A stretch of DNA of 64,000 nt, from contig OX597820.1 in the NCBI GenBank assembly GCA_951406725.2, positions 70,804,001 to 70,868,000 on the forward strand, written 5' to 3'. Source of the DNA: Octopus vulgaris. Its lineage: Eukaryota. Made by a program: the position numbers and the translations under genes. The notes beneath the pieces were generated by a model. The model did no database searches. It saw nothing but the letters and a program-made list of their open reading frames with translations, and was not told where the DNA came from. Positions 41,828 through 55,035 of this stretch are shown in pieces; within the stretch, counting starts at the first letter, position 1, and each line of letters starts with the position of its first letter.

Positions 41828-43777
41828 CTGAAATGAAAAAATAAAAAAATATGAGTACATTTACAAAGAAATATTTACATATAAGCATCATCATTAAAGT
41901 TTTTTATGTCTGCTTTACCATTCTTTCATGGTTGCACAAGTGTTAACCATCAAAAATGCACATGCAAGCATACACAAACTGTCTAGTTGCTTACGGGATA
42001 TATGAATTTACCACAAATATCTACATATAATACTCTACCATTTATAGTAGTGGTTCCCAAACTTTTCCAGGCTGCCACCCACTTGACCCCCAGGCCACAT
42101 TCCTAGTGCTCCCTCACCCTCCCCAGCACAAATATAGACCACTTTCTGCAGCAAATTCAAAACAACTTTATTTCACAAATAAAACATAAAACTAATTAAA
42201 CTATTAATTTTTTTTTTTTACATCTATCACCTCATTTTGGCCACCACATTATCAACCCACTTTTTTTCAACGCCCTAAGGATCTTTCCACAGCCCCCAAA
42301 GGGGCAGTACTACCCACTTTATAGTATGCATCTCAATTTTCAGACCTAAATTTTCTCAAAAACCTTACAATCCCAAAAGTAGACAAGTTACAATAATCCT
42401 TCGTCTATGTTCTGAGCTTGTAGGCTTAGTCTGAGAGGCCAGATCCGGCCAGTTTGCACATAAGATAGGTAGAATATTTTGGCCAGGTAATCCAATCATT
42501 CTTTTATTTGTTTCAGTTATTTTGACTGCAGCCATGCTGGAGCACTGCCTTTAGTTGAACAAATCAACCCCAGGACTTATTCTTTGTAAGCCTAGTATTT
42601 ATCCTATCGATCTCTTTTGCTGAACCACCAAGTTACGGGGACACAAACACACCAACACCGGTTGTCAGGCGATGGTGGGGGGATAAACACAGACATACAT
42701 ATATACATTTTATTTATATATATACATACACGATGGGCTTTTTTCAGTTTCCATGTGCCAAATCCGCTCACAAGGCTTAGTCGGCCCAAGGCTATAGTAG
42801 AAGACACTTACCCAAAGTGTCACACAGTGGGACTGAACAAGGAACCATGTGGTTGGTCAGCAAGCTACTTACCACACAGCCACTCCTGCCCCTCATGTAT
42901 GTGAATGGCAGTTAATACAGTGAATTATCTGTTGCTCATGATAATTTAGTTTAAGTAGTATCAAAGCCAACTTTCAAAACAAGAAGGCTATAACCAATAG
43001 AGTAATCTCAATTTTTATGGATCATGGGTGATAGATTCAATCCACTACCTGATTTCAGACTGTTACCACCAGGCACCTTCGCTGCCTTTAACAGAGTCCG
43101 CTCTAGTTCAGCATTCGAGCCAGGTCTCTGAATTAAAGATACATTCCTCTCTCAGTCCCTCACACCAATCTCGAATGGTCTTGTGAAGGGTCATGATATG
43201 CTTACATCCTGAATTCAGAACATCAAGGGAGGCAACTCTATGCCATCTGTTCGATACATGTTCAAGTGGGGACAAACATACACACAATTTTAAATATACA
43301 CGAGTGGGGACGGGGACAGCATTCCACACAGTTTCCATCTATAAAATTCACTCTGAAGGCATTGGTCAGACTGGCACTACAGTAGAAGACACTTGCCAAA
43401 GGGTGCTGGACAACGAAACTGAAACCAAAACCATGTTTTTGGTTTCAGTTTTAAATGCCAGAAATACATATTTCTGACATTCAGAGAAGGGTATAACAAT
43501 TATCTCAACACCAGAATTTATTTGACTGGTTCTAAATTTTAAATTGATTGCAGTGGGATTTAAAATCAGAGCCTAATGAGCTGTGATTAAATACTACAAA
43601 GGTAAATTCAAAATTTCCTATATATAAACATAATTATAATTAGGGCTTAGCAAAATTGCTTCACCGAATACCGAAATTTACAAATAGCAGTTAAATATTA
43701 TTCTACTACCATAAGATATCTCTCAGATTTGATGGACTAATAGCGGTACATAAGCTGACTTAAAAAATCTCTAGCGA

Positions 43778-43842
43778 GACTTTTTATTGATGTACCTGAA
43801 GAGACCCAGAACAGGTCGAAATGTGTTGTACCCAATAAAGTC
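43778..43842 (+). ncRNA. Minimal type I hammerhead ribozyme, stem III decayed
   Basis: GTAC-CTGAAGA-GACC cagaaca GGTC-GAAA-TGTG-TT-GTAC; stem I extended by GACTTT..ATTG/CAATAAAGTC. Confidence 0.7.
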
Positions 43843-43872
43843 TATTACACATTCCAGCTCCTATTTTATTAA

Positions 43873-43913
<41 letters not shown>

Positions 43914-44379
43914 CATAAGGATAAGCATCTTAGAAGGGGTCCATGGGAAAACTCATTTAAATAAACGTGTTGGAAACCACTGGTCTAACCCATCACTATG
44001 CTGGTATTTTATTTTATCAATCCCAATAGGATAAAAAGCAACATTAACCTCAGCAGGACTTGAACTCAAAAAGTAGAGATCATCATAATTATTAATGTCC
44101 ACATCCATGCTTGCAAGGGCTTCAGTTGCCTTTAAAATGTGATGAGGTCGAACCAACATTTGTTGATTCTTAAAAGAGCATGTTAGTATTCCTTATGGTG
44201 CCTTTCCCAGACCCTATCACATAAATAAAATTTTACGCTAATTAAATTTTATATATTCAAATGAAGTTCAGATATAAAAAACAAAAGTAAGATCAAAAAT
44301 AATTTATTATATCAAATAAACAAAAAATAAAACATAGATATTTGGACAAAAAAATAAAGTAAATCTGTCTTTCAGAACT

Positions 44380-45060
44380 TTGCCGTCAATAAATAATTTA
44401 GCAACTTCATAACTGATCTTTTTGAAACCATTTCTACAAACATGGCATACTAGAAAATGATTCAACTTTTGCTGAGACACAGTCAATCACAACCAAGTTC
44501 TGAGTCTCTGCTGAGTGCTAAAAGATCTTTCAGCTTCACAAGAACTGGTTGGAAACACTAAAAGTAGCCTGAGCAATCGCTCAACATTTGGAAACATGCA
44601 ACAGACTTCTGGATGCATTTCACTGAATATTTTACGGTGATCCTTGAGAGATGATCCACTATGATGATTTCTATAAAAAAGTATTTCATTCCTTAAAGAA
44701 AATTCATCAAGTTCTGGATACTGCATGATCACTTCAGCACAAAAATTTACATTGAGTAAAATATTGCTCAGTTTTTCATAATTTGCTAAATCCTGTGAAA
44801 AAAAAAAAACCTTCAAATTTGCTATTGCAGTATCCACTACCTGCAATTACTGCACTCTGCAATGATCCAAAACAGTGCAGTGTTGATATTTTAATGCATC
44901 TCCTTCCTGGTATCTTTTAGGAACTTTTCATTGCCTGGGTAGCTCTAAAGGAGAAATATTGACTTGATAAATCATTTTTTCTGCTGTTTTGAACAGCTTG
45001 TGAAATTTTCTTCACTGCTTAGTCTTTTTAGCTCCTCTTGCACCAGTTTGACACTAGGCA
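44380..45060 (-). pseudogene. hAT transposase C-terminal dimerisation domain remnant
   Basis: MFPNVERLLRLLLVFPTSSCEAERSFS...RLRTWL. Confidence 0.8.
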
Positions 45061-45400
45061 ATGTGCCACCTAGATTGATAGTGGTACTTTGTTTTTTCAA
45101 TTGGGAAAAAGTAGTGGGGACAAAAGACGGTTTGTCCCCAATTCCTGAAAAAATGGGGAGGGGACTTGTCCCCTGGTACCCTCCTGAAACAAGGCCCTCG
45201 CCTGTATGGGCCAGGCAGAATTTGATGAGGCAGATTTTTTTTACAGCCTAAATTGTATTTACTTAATTGACTATGGCCCCATACATACAAAATATTCAGT
45301 TTTGTACTTTGTCAAAAGAATGAAGAACATGACTCTTAAACTGACCTTATCGAAGATGTTATTTTGCTAAAAGTCTGACAAAAAAATTCAGATTACTCAC

Positions 45401-45534
45401 CCATATACAACAGAGTGGTTTGTGTTCGTACAGCATCGATAAAACATTTCAAAGGACTTATCACTTTCACAGTAAGAAACAACTTTAGAATCATTTTTGA
45501 GTGGAGAAGAGCATTTTGAGCATAAAGACAGGTC
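45401..45534 (-). CDS. ATRAID: ATRAID exon 2 (DLSLCSKCSSPLKNDSKVVSYCESDKSFEMFYRCCTNTNHSVVY-G)
   Basis: tttccag acceptor, GG|gtgagt donor; CxxC...YC...RCC pattern like the ATRAID N-terminus. Confidence 0.92.
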
Positions 45535-45578
45535 CTGGAAATAAACAAAATAAAATAAATAGATAACAATTATATCAA

Positions 45579-45881
45579 AGAATGGTTGTATACTGTCAAT
45601 CTAACAAGAACGTGACAGTAGGGGGTACACCACCGCTGTATAGCCCTAGGAAGCATCGAACGCCTCCTGATGGCTTTGACACATTTTTCCCTGTGTCCTT
45701 ATATACATTTACGAAGGGGAGACAAACACCCCCGGCTGCCGAAGCTGCATCTTGTATATAAGGTCACAGGGAAAAATGTGTCAAAGCCATCAGGAGGCGT
45801 TCGATGCTTCCTAGGGCTATACAGCGGTGGTGTACCCCCTACTGTCATGTTCTTGTTAGATTGACAGTATACAACCATTCT
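45579..45881. repeat. 129-bp-arm inverted repeat within a ~360-bp insertion with 12-bp TSD
   Basis: Arms 45579-45707 and 45753-45881 (2 mismatches); AATTATATCAAA at 45568-45579 and 45939-45950. Confidence 0.9.
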
Positions 45882-46257
45882 ATCGCCCCACCACCGTACA
45901 TGTCTCTACGAGAGATTTAGAAATTCAATATTTCTTATAATTATATCAAATACATTCTGAAAATAGAAAATGAACCATTTCTTTTAATACTTCAATACCA
46001 TCATCATTATAATCATCAAAGGCGGTGCTCCAGCATGGCCACAGTCAAATGACTGAAAAGAGTAAAAGAGTATATATTACTGAGGCACTCTTTTCCAGCC
46101 ATACGCTCCTCCTATCGCCAACCCTTAACTGTTTTACAAGTAAGGGATTTCTCTTTTTTTTATACACATATGAAGGAGATTTGGCTGTTATTTCTAACTA
46201 CCCAAGTGACCATCTGGAGGCTTTTTCCTTCGTTACCATAAATAAATGTCATTGTTA

Positions 46258-46590
46258 TTGATTATTATTATATTATTATTATTGTTCGACCGTGGTCGAG
46301 ACAATGGAATTTACTATGTTACGCCAGACTTCACGGTCCATCATAGCATTACGGAGGTCCTGTTGCTGGATGCCTGGAGATTACATCAGGGTAGGAGAGT
46401 GTGCGCCCTCTGGTATTGCGAGTAGATGGCTTCCAGAGGAGAAGAGTAGAAATTACTTCTTTTTCAGCTCTACAACAATGTCCAGCAAACTGGACTCTCC
46501 TACCTGTTGATTAGCAGTAGATTATTTCTAGATTAGTGTCTTTGTGACTGTGTCCATATCTATTTTCTGGACGTGGTGTGTCTAGAACAT
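46258..46590 (-). mobile_element. RTE-group LINE 3' end with (TAA)n tail
   Basis: RRVQFAGHCCRAEKEVISTLLLWKPS..TRGRTLSYPDVI...AMMDREVWR. Confidence 0.7.
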
Positions 46591-47859
46591 CATCAGCATC
46601 ATTTAATGTCTGTGTTCCTTTCTAGCATGGGGGGGAGGGTACCACAAGAGCTGGCCAGGCCAAAGCATGCACCAGACTTCTGTGGCTGTTTTGGCAGGAT
46701 TTTTGAAGCTGGATGCACTTCCTAACACCAACCACAATATTAAATGTATCTTCCTTTTCTACAAAGAAATAGGATACAATTTAATGGAGATTTGACTGCT
46801 ATCTCTTGTAGGTTGAGTGAACACGTCAGCTCAAAAACTAAATTTTAAATATCATTGGTAGTCCACCAATATGATTGATATTGATACATAAAGTATGATT
46901 TATATTTATTTTATCGATCCCCACAAAAAGATAAAAGGTAGTCAACCTTAGTGGAATTTGAACTCAAAAGTAAAGTCAGTAGCAATACCACTGAGCATTT
47001 TGTCCAGCATGCTAAGAATTCTTATTTCTTTATTGCCCACAAGGGGCTAAACACAGAGGGGACAAACAAGGACAAACAAAGAGATTAAGTCGATTACATC
47101 GTAACTGGTACTTAATTTATCGACCCCGAAAGGATGAAAGGCAAAGTCGACCTCGGCGGAATTTGAACTCAGTACGTAGCGGCAGACGAAATATCGCTAA
47201 GCATTTCGCCCAGCGTGCTAACGTTTCTGCCAGCTCGCCACCTTACATAATGATGAAGATGATAATCCTTTCAAGTTTGTAGCAGAAAACCAGTAGTTTT
47301 TGAGGGAAGGGTAAAGTCAATATATTGACCCCAATATTTAACTGGTACTTCATCTATGTACCTCAAAAATGATGAAAGGCAAAGTCAACCTCGGTGGAAT
47401 TTGAACTCAGAACATAAAGACGAACAAAATGTCATTAAGCCTGTTGCCTGGCATGCGACTGGTTCTGCCAGCTTGCCACCTTAATAATAATATTCATAAT
47501 AATAAGAATAATCCACTCAACTAAAGGTACAAAGCCTGAAATTTGGTGGGTGGAGGCTAGTCAATTACATCAACCCAGTGTTACACTGGTACTTAATTTA
47601 CTGACCCCAAAAGGATGAAAGGCAAAGGTGATCTTGGTGGAATTTGAACTCAGAATATAATAACAAGCAAAATACCGCCAAGCTAATGATTTTGCCAGCT
47701 CACCGCCTTATTTATGATAATAGCAATATTAATAATAAAAATAATTATTATTTTTGATGTAGGCACAGTGAATTTGATGAGTGTGTTATGTATATTTGTA
47801 TGTATGTATATATATATATATATATACTTTATTTAAAGCAGCAGAAAATTCCACAAAAC

Positions 47860-47897
47860 CTGTTACTCTGAGTTTCGCGTTGCCGTTCGTCAGACAG
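47860..47897 (-). ncRNA. Minimal type I hammerhead ribozyme (inverted, U4C-mutated copy at 47904-47941 on +)
   Basis: Minus strand reads CTGT-CTGACGA-ACG GCAA CGC-GAAA-CTCAGAG-TA-ACAG. Confidence 0.72.
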
Positions 47898-48231
47898 TTT
47901 TTGCTGTCCGACGAATAGCAACGCGAAACTCAGAGTAACAGGTTTTGTGGAATTTTCTGCTGCTTTAAATAAAGCATATTACTCTACCACTGGTATTTGA
48001 GTACTCTTTTTTCCACCTTGTTTCACATTTATGTGTTTACTCCGGTGTATATATATATATATATATATAATAAATATTAGGGAATGAATCCAAAATTACA
48101 GGGAAAAATCAGATTTAGGGTTAAATCCAATTTTATAGTAAAATATTATATAATATAATTCGAGACAAAACCACTATTTTAAAACCAAACAAGATACTTC
48201 AAAATTTGATACTGATTAGAAGATCGAAAAT

Positions 48232-48275
48232 CCACCTGAAGATTGTCGGTAGCAGATATGAAACAATTGTTGTGG
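48232..48275 (+). ncRNA. Minimal type I hammerhead ribozyme
   Basis: CCAC-CTGAAGA-(TTGTCGGTAGCAGATAT, weak stem II)-GAAA-CAATTG-TT-GTGG; palindromic stem III ACAATTGT. Confidence 0.7.
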
Positions 48276-48359
48276 CGGTTTATTTAATTTATATTAAAAT
48301 TTTATGTATTGATTAAGTCTTTTCTTGTTTGGTTTTAAAATAGTGGTTTTGTCTCGAAT

Positions 48360-48403
<44 letters not shown>

Positions 48404-48404
<1 letters not shown>

Positions 48405-49360
48405 CAGTACCGCATCGACTGGCCATCGTGCTGTGGGCACATAACAAACACCATCCGATCGTGGCCGTTCGCCAGCCTCATCTGGCACCTGTGTCGGTGG
48501 CACATAAAAACACCATCCAAAGACCCGGCAAGACTAGTCAGGCCATAACCTGTGGCCCCTACCTGGGACGTAGTCAGTCCACCTGTGCATACCTTCCTTC
48601 TTGTGACACTTGTGAAGACCTGTTGAGGCAAGTGAAAATCAAAATCAAATCAAATCAAAACAAATCAAAATAGATGAACATTAATGGAATTTGTATCTTT
48701 GTGGTACCAGTGCCGGTGGCACACAAGAAAACCATCCGAACGTGGCCGTAGCCAGTACCGCATCGACTGGCCTCCGTGCTGTGGGCACGTAACAAACACC
48801 ATCCGATCGATCGTGGCCGTTTGCCAGCCTCGTCTGGCACCTGTGTCGGTGGCACATAAAAAAACACCATCCGAGCGTGGCCGTTTGCCAGCCTCGTCTG
48901 GCACCTGTGTCAGTGGCACATAAAATCACCCACTACACTCTCGGAGTGGTTGGTGGCGTTAGGAAGGGCATCCAGCTGTAGAAACACTGCCAGATCTGAC
49001 TGGACTGGTGCAGCTTTCGGGCTCTCCAGACCCCAGTTGAACCGTCCAACCCATGCTAGCATGGAAAGCGGACGTTAAATGATGATGATGATGATATATA
49101 TATCATCATCATCATCATTTAACGTCTGCTTTCCATGCTAGCATGGGTTGGACGATTTGACTGAAGGTCCAATCTGATTTGGCAGTTTCCGCAGCTGGAT
49201 GCGCTTCCTAATGCCAACCACTCCAAGAGTGTAGTGGGTGCTTTTACGTGCCACCGGCATGAGGGCCAGTCTGGCAGTACTGGCAACAGCCATGCTCAAA
49301 TGGTGTTTTTTACGTGCCACCTGCACAGGAGTCAGTCCAGCGGCACTGGCAACAACTCCT
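48404..49360. mobile_element. Tail-to-tail pair of SINE family C ((GAT)n tail, GGCGTTAGGAAGGGCATCCAGCTG core, internal ~60-bp tandem units)
   Basis: 48404-49093(+) and 49103-49360(-); other copies 35361-35760(-), 53678-53965(+), 55965-56247(+). Confidence 0.8.
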
Positions 49361-49399
49361 GTGCAGGTGTACATGTGTGTGTGTATGTGTGAATATATG

Positions 49400-49442
<43 letters not shown>

Positions 49443-49447
49443 ATATA

Positions 49448-49491
<44 letters not shown>

Positions 49492-51540
49492 CACACGTGT
49501 GTATATCATTGTCTAGGCATCATATGATGGTGGCAAAATGTGCCGGTGTCACATGAAAAGGACTTGCGCCAGTGCAACATAACAGGGACCATGCTGGTGC
49601 TATGCAAAAAGTTCCCAGTAAACTCTGTAAAATGGTTGCCATTAGGAAGGGCATCCAACCATAGAAACCACACCAAAGTAGACAATCGGAGACTGGTGCA
49701 GCTCCACATATGACCAGCAACTGTCTAGCCCTCCAACACACACCAAAAGGGACATTAAAGGATGATGATGATGATGATGATGATGATGGTAGATTCAAAA
49801 TGTGCTAAATCATGGACTTTTAAGAGAGCAGAAATCAAAGAGCCAGATAAATGAGTATGCTGATTTCAATAGTTGTCATTGTTCTAGTTGTTGTTGTTGT
49901 TTAGCTTTAGATTCAGCATTATTATTAAAGACAACTCAGCCATGACTATCCACTCTGATACATTACCTAATATGGATTTCATTTCTTTTTTGATGGTAGG
50001 GTGAAATTAGTGGTTGATTTAGCTGCTGTTTCTAGCTGCTCAAAGGACTGCAAAGAGGTTTCTCTGAAGACTCATAGTCCAGAATATTATTGTAGCTGAT
50101 TTTAAGCTCCAGGACAACTTTTGATCAAAGACATTTCAGCCATGACCATCCACTTTATTAATCATTATCTAATGCGTCCTTCACAAGTAGTAGCTGATTT
50201 GGTTGCTATTTCTACCAATACATTTGACTGCAGAGAGGTCCTCTTGAAGTCTCAGGGTCTAGAATGTTGTTGGTTAGCCCCAGGTTAACCTGATAATCAA
50301 TGGTATTAAAGCCATGATCATCTATCTTATTTTCAGACAGCATTCATTATATCAAAGCCTACATTATCTAATACAGCCTTTGCTTTGCATAAGAGTATAG
50401 TGTTATTTGAGAGAAATTTAGCAGTATTTCTAGAAGGTTGAGTTTCTGTGTAGAGGTTCCTTAATTGGTGACATTAACAGGTCAGCTTACAAGCTCCTGC
50501 TAATACTGAGGAATTGCTCTTTTACAAGTATTTCACCACACTTGCCGGTATCCCACCCAGAAAAGAAAGCAATTGTGATCTTGTGATGAGATTTGAAATA
50601 TTATATGAAAACTGTAAATCAATAGTATATTGATTTTATGTTAATTACATTTTATGAGAGTACAAATGATTGATTTTTCATCAGGAATTTTATAAGAGAG
50701 AAGAAATAGTGCAAAGCTAACCAAACAATGTTGGCATGGAATAATGGAATAGCTATGAGAATGATGGAATAGCAGTAGATTCTAAGGTCTGGTAGTAATG
50801 GCTACATTTGTGATTGTTGGATCATACATATCATCAACATCTGCTAGAACAAGTCAATGAGGGTATTTCTACATGGTCATTCAACTGATAGAAAGAACAG
50901 CTAAATGTCTATGCCCCACAGATCACACCTTGCTATCATCACCATTTAGAGTTCATTAGCTGTGCTGCATGTGTTGAATGGTTCAACAGAAGCTGGTAAC
51001 CTGGAGGACTGTGCTAAGCACCAATGTGTCTGCTTTTACATGGTACCTGAGGCTGGATGCCCTTCCTAGCATTAACCAGTCTACAGCATGTGCTGGGTGC
51101 TTTTTACATGGTACTGACAGCAGTGAGGTCACCAAGTAACTCTCTAGACAAGACCCTTCGACTGAGGATGTGTAATGTTGAGGGAGGTGGCTTTGTGCGA
51201 GGTGATGGTAAGTCAAATTATAACAGAGGGACAGAAACAGGGTGTTTTGCTAGAGAGGAGATTCATAAATACCCTGGTTGGAAGAGAGAGAAAATAGCAA
51301 TTAAGATATGTCAGGGAGTAACCTCAAGTTGCAGGAACGTGAGAGAAATGATAGAGGACTGGACAGGGTGAGTGGGTAGTGAGTTTGTAAGGGCATAGAA
51401 AAAGGGTGGCAGATGGACAGAGGTGGGGACAAAAGAGGTATGCTAAGAGAATTGAACAGAGCAGGGGCATGGATAGTGGTGAATATTAGATGGAGGGAAA
51501 GCAGTGGAAATAGGGTACTGTTTTAAAAATAGAATAAACA

Positions 51541-51709
51541 GCAGGCGTGGCTGTGTGGTAAGTAGCTTGCTAACCAACCACATGGTTTCGGGTTCAGTCC
51601 CACTGTGTGGCATCTTGGGCAAGTGTCTTCTGCTATAGCTCCGGGCCGACCAATGCCTTGTGAGTGGATTTGGTAGATGGAAACTGAAAGAAGCCTGTCG
51701 TATATATGA

Positions 51710-51765
<56 letters not shown>

Positions 51766-51958
51766 CTTCCCCTAGCATTGCTTTACAACCAATACTGGTG
51801 TGTTTACGTCCCCGTCACTTAGCGGTTCGGCAAAAGAGACCGATAGAATAACTACTGAGCTTACAAAGAATAAGTCCCGGGGTTGATTTGCTCAACTAAA
51901 AAGGCGGTGCTCCAGCATGGCCGCAGTCAAATGACTGAAACAAGTAAATGAGAATGAG
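51541..51958 (+). mobile_element. SINE family A, full-length copy
   Basis: GGCGTGGCTGTGTGGTAAG A-box-like, GGTTCAGTCCC B-box-like, ends GGCCGCAGTCAAATGACTGAAACAAGT. Confidence 0.85.
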
Positions 51959-53456
51959 AGCATAATATAGTCCTAGGTACACTATGCCTGAATAAAAGAC
52001 ACCAGAGTCGCTGTTGAAATGCTTTTATCATTGGCCTGCTTAGTGTTGAGCTACCACTTAGATACAACAGTATCTAGGAAATTGAGATAATGAGCAATCA
52101 ACCTGTGTTTGCAAATATAAACATGACAATAGGTGCAGGTGTGACTGTGTGATAAGAAGTTTGTGACCCAACCACATAGTTCCAAGTTCAGTCCCACTGC
52201 ACAGCATTTTAAGAAAGTATCTTGTATTAGAGCCTGAGTCAACCAAAGCCTAGTGAGTACAACTGGTGGATAGAAACTGAAAGAAGCCCATTATGTGCGT
52301 GTGTGTGCATGCATCTATTCATGTTTGTCTCTCATCACCACCGTTGGTTTGTTTGCAGCCCTGTAACTTAGCAATTCAGCAATAGAATAAGTACCAGGCT
52401 GAAAAATAATAATTACTGAGGTTCAGTTAAACCTTTCAGTTAAACAAGTAAGGGATAAGGGATCTCTCCCAAACCCTTAGAAGTTAAGGTCAGATATGTG
52501 GATACGATTCTACAGAATGAAACAAATTCTTTTATTTGTTTCAGTCATTTGACTGCGGCCATGCTGGAGCACCGCCTTTAATCGAACAAATCGACCTCAA
52601 GACATATTCTCTGTAAGCCTAGTACTTATTCTATCTGTCTCTTTTAGCAGAACTGCTAAGTTACAGGGACGTAAACACGCCAGCATCAGTTGTCAAGCGA
52701 TGGCAGAAGGACAAACACATACCACCCAACTGGCCCTTGTGCCGGTGGCATGGAAAAGCACCCACTACATTCTCGGAGTGGTTGGCGTTAGGAAGGGCAT
52801 CCAGCTATAGAAACTCTGCCAGATCAAATTGAAGCCTGGTGCAGCCATCTGGTTCGCCAGTCCTCAGTCAAATCGTCCAACCCATGCCAGCATGGAAAGC
52901 GGACGTTAAAAGATGATGATGATATATATATATATATATTTCAGTTTCCGTCTACCAAATCCACTCACAAGGCTTTGGTCGGCCCGAAGCTATAGCAGAA
53001 GACACTTGCCCGAAATGCCACGCTGTGGAACTGAACCCGGAACCATGTGGTTGGCAAGCAAGCTACTCCTGGAGTAAAAAAAAAAAAAAAATCCCTCTAT
53101 CTTTGTATAAGCCACCAATTTATCACAGGTAATATTTCCAGATGATCGGGTATTTATTCCCCACAGCTTGGTGAAGAAATGTAGGATAACTTTAACATCC
53201 GAAAAGTGAAAAAATTTTTCTGTAACCGAAAGCCTAAACTTGTAACGATTGTAGAAACAGAATGGAAATGACCGAAAAGAAAAGATCAGAGTTTCCTCCC
53301 TTACATCATAGAGATCCTTACGTTCAAAGTAAACAAATGCGCGTTACTGCGCACTTCAGCACTCGGAACAGAATATTGGCTTTAATTTTTGACACAAGGC
53401 CCGCAATTTTGGTGTAGGGGGTAAGTCGATTACATCGAACCCCACCCCCAATGCTC

Positions 53457-53601
53457 GGCGAAGATGAAGAATACGCACACCACCCGTTTTCGGTGTTTAG
53501 GATTAGGGTTACGCCGAAAACGGAGGGTGTGCGTATTCTTTACCTCTGCTCCAAACCCTAAACACCGAAAACGGGTGGTGTGCGTATTCTTTACCTTCAC
53601 C
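53457..53601. mobile_element. Mutator-like MITE with 9-bp TSD inside a SINE
   Basis: ~45-bp TIRs (GGCGAAG...AAGAATACGCACACCACCCGTTTTCGGTGTTTAGG); TSD CCAATGCTC/CAAATGCTC. Confidence 0.65.
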
Positions 53602-55035
53602 CAAATGCTCAACTAGTACTTGTTTTATAGACTCCCAAAGGATGAAAGGCTAAGTCGGACTCGGGTTTCTAAGAGGAATGCCGATGCCAGCGCCGCCTTG
53701 ACTGGCTTCCGTGCCGGTGGCACGTTAAAAGCACCAACCGATCGTGGCCGTTTGCCAGACTCCCCTGGCACCTGTGCCGGTGGCACGTAAAAAGCACCCA
53801 CTACACTCACGGAGTGGTTGGCGTTAGGAAGGGCATCCAGCTGTAGAAACACTGCCAGATCAGACTGGAGCCTGGTGCAGCCTCCTGGCTTTCCAGACCC
53901 CGGTCAAACCGTCCAACCCGTGCTAGCGCGGAAAACGGACGTTAAACGATGATGATGATGATGATGTATCAGGTACAGGCGTGGTGTGTGGTTAAGAAGC
54001 TTGCTTCTTAACTATGTGGTCTTGGGTTCAATTTCACTACATGGCACCTTGGACATATATCTACTACAATAGCCCCGGGTCGAACAGTCTCGTAAGAGGA
54101 TTCGATAGATGAAAACTGAATGTCGCCATAAGACGCGTGTGTGTGAGAGAGGGAACCTATGTCTTGACATCACGTGATGGCTATAAACAAGCATAACAGT
54201 CATACAAGCGATGTTGTTCGTTTCTAGTCTTCCATGAAAAAGATGGGGAAATATTACTTTACTAAGAAACTGGCGAGGGTTGCAACTGGCGGAGCATCTG
54301 GCTGTAGACATTCTGCCACAATTTATTTCATCCGACCCATGAAAACATGGAAAAATGGACGTTAAATGATGATGATGATGATCAGTGTCCAGCCCCAAAA
54401 CACAATATGGCCTTCAATAAAATGCAAACTTACTAAAAATAAGCTTCCACTTTCTGTAATCCCCTTGTATTGTAGACATTATCATCACTCTTTCTGCAAC
54501 AAGAGCATGAAATATCAAATTCTTTATTCCTTATGGTGACTGAGTGGAGGCACGTGGCTTAGTGGTTAGGGGTGTCAGCATCATGATTGTAAAATTGTGG
54601 TTTCGATTCCTGGATCGGGCGGCGTATTGTGTTCTTGAACAAAACACTTCATTTCACGTTGCAATGGACTGGCGTCCCATCCAGCTTGGGAACACATGCC
54701 ATGGAAACCAGGCCCATGAGCCTGGCTAGGCTTTAAACGGGTGCATTTATTATTATTTTTTATTATGGTGACTGAACTAATTGGACTGATTTTAAACACA
54801 ATGGTGTTTCAAATGGTGGATGGCAGCTATGTGAGATACAGCTTCCCCTGGTTCAAACCGAATGGGCTGCTAAGATGATGGAAATAAAAGTACTTAAAAA
54901 TCTGGACAAAGTTGAGTTATCAAAGGAAGATAATAGCTAAACATCAACCCACAAGGTCAATCGATCTGGTAGAATCCAAGCTAACAAGCGAGACCTACAT
55001 GGTTGCTTGACCAGTCAGAAATAATAGTTACATCG

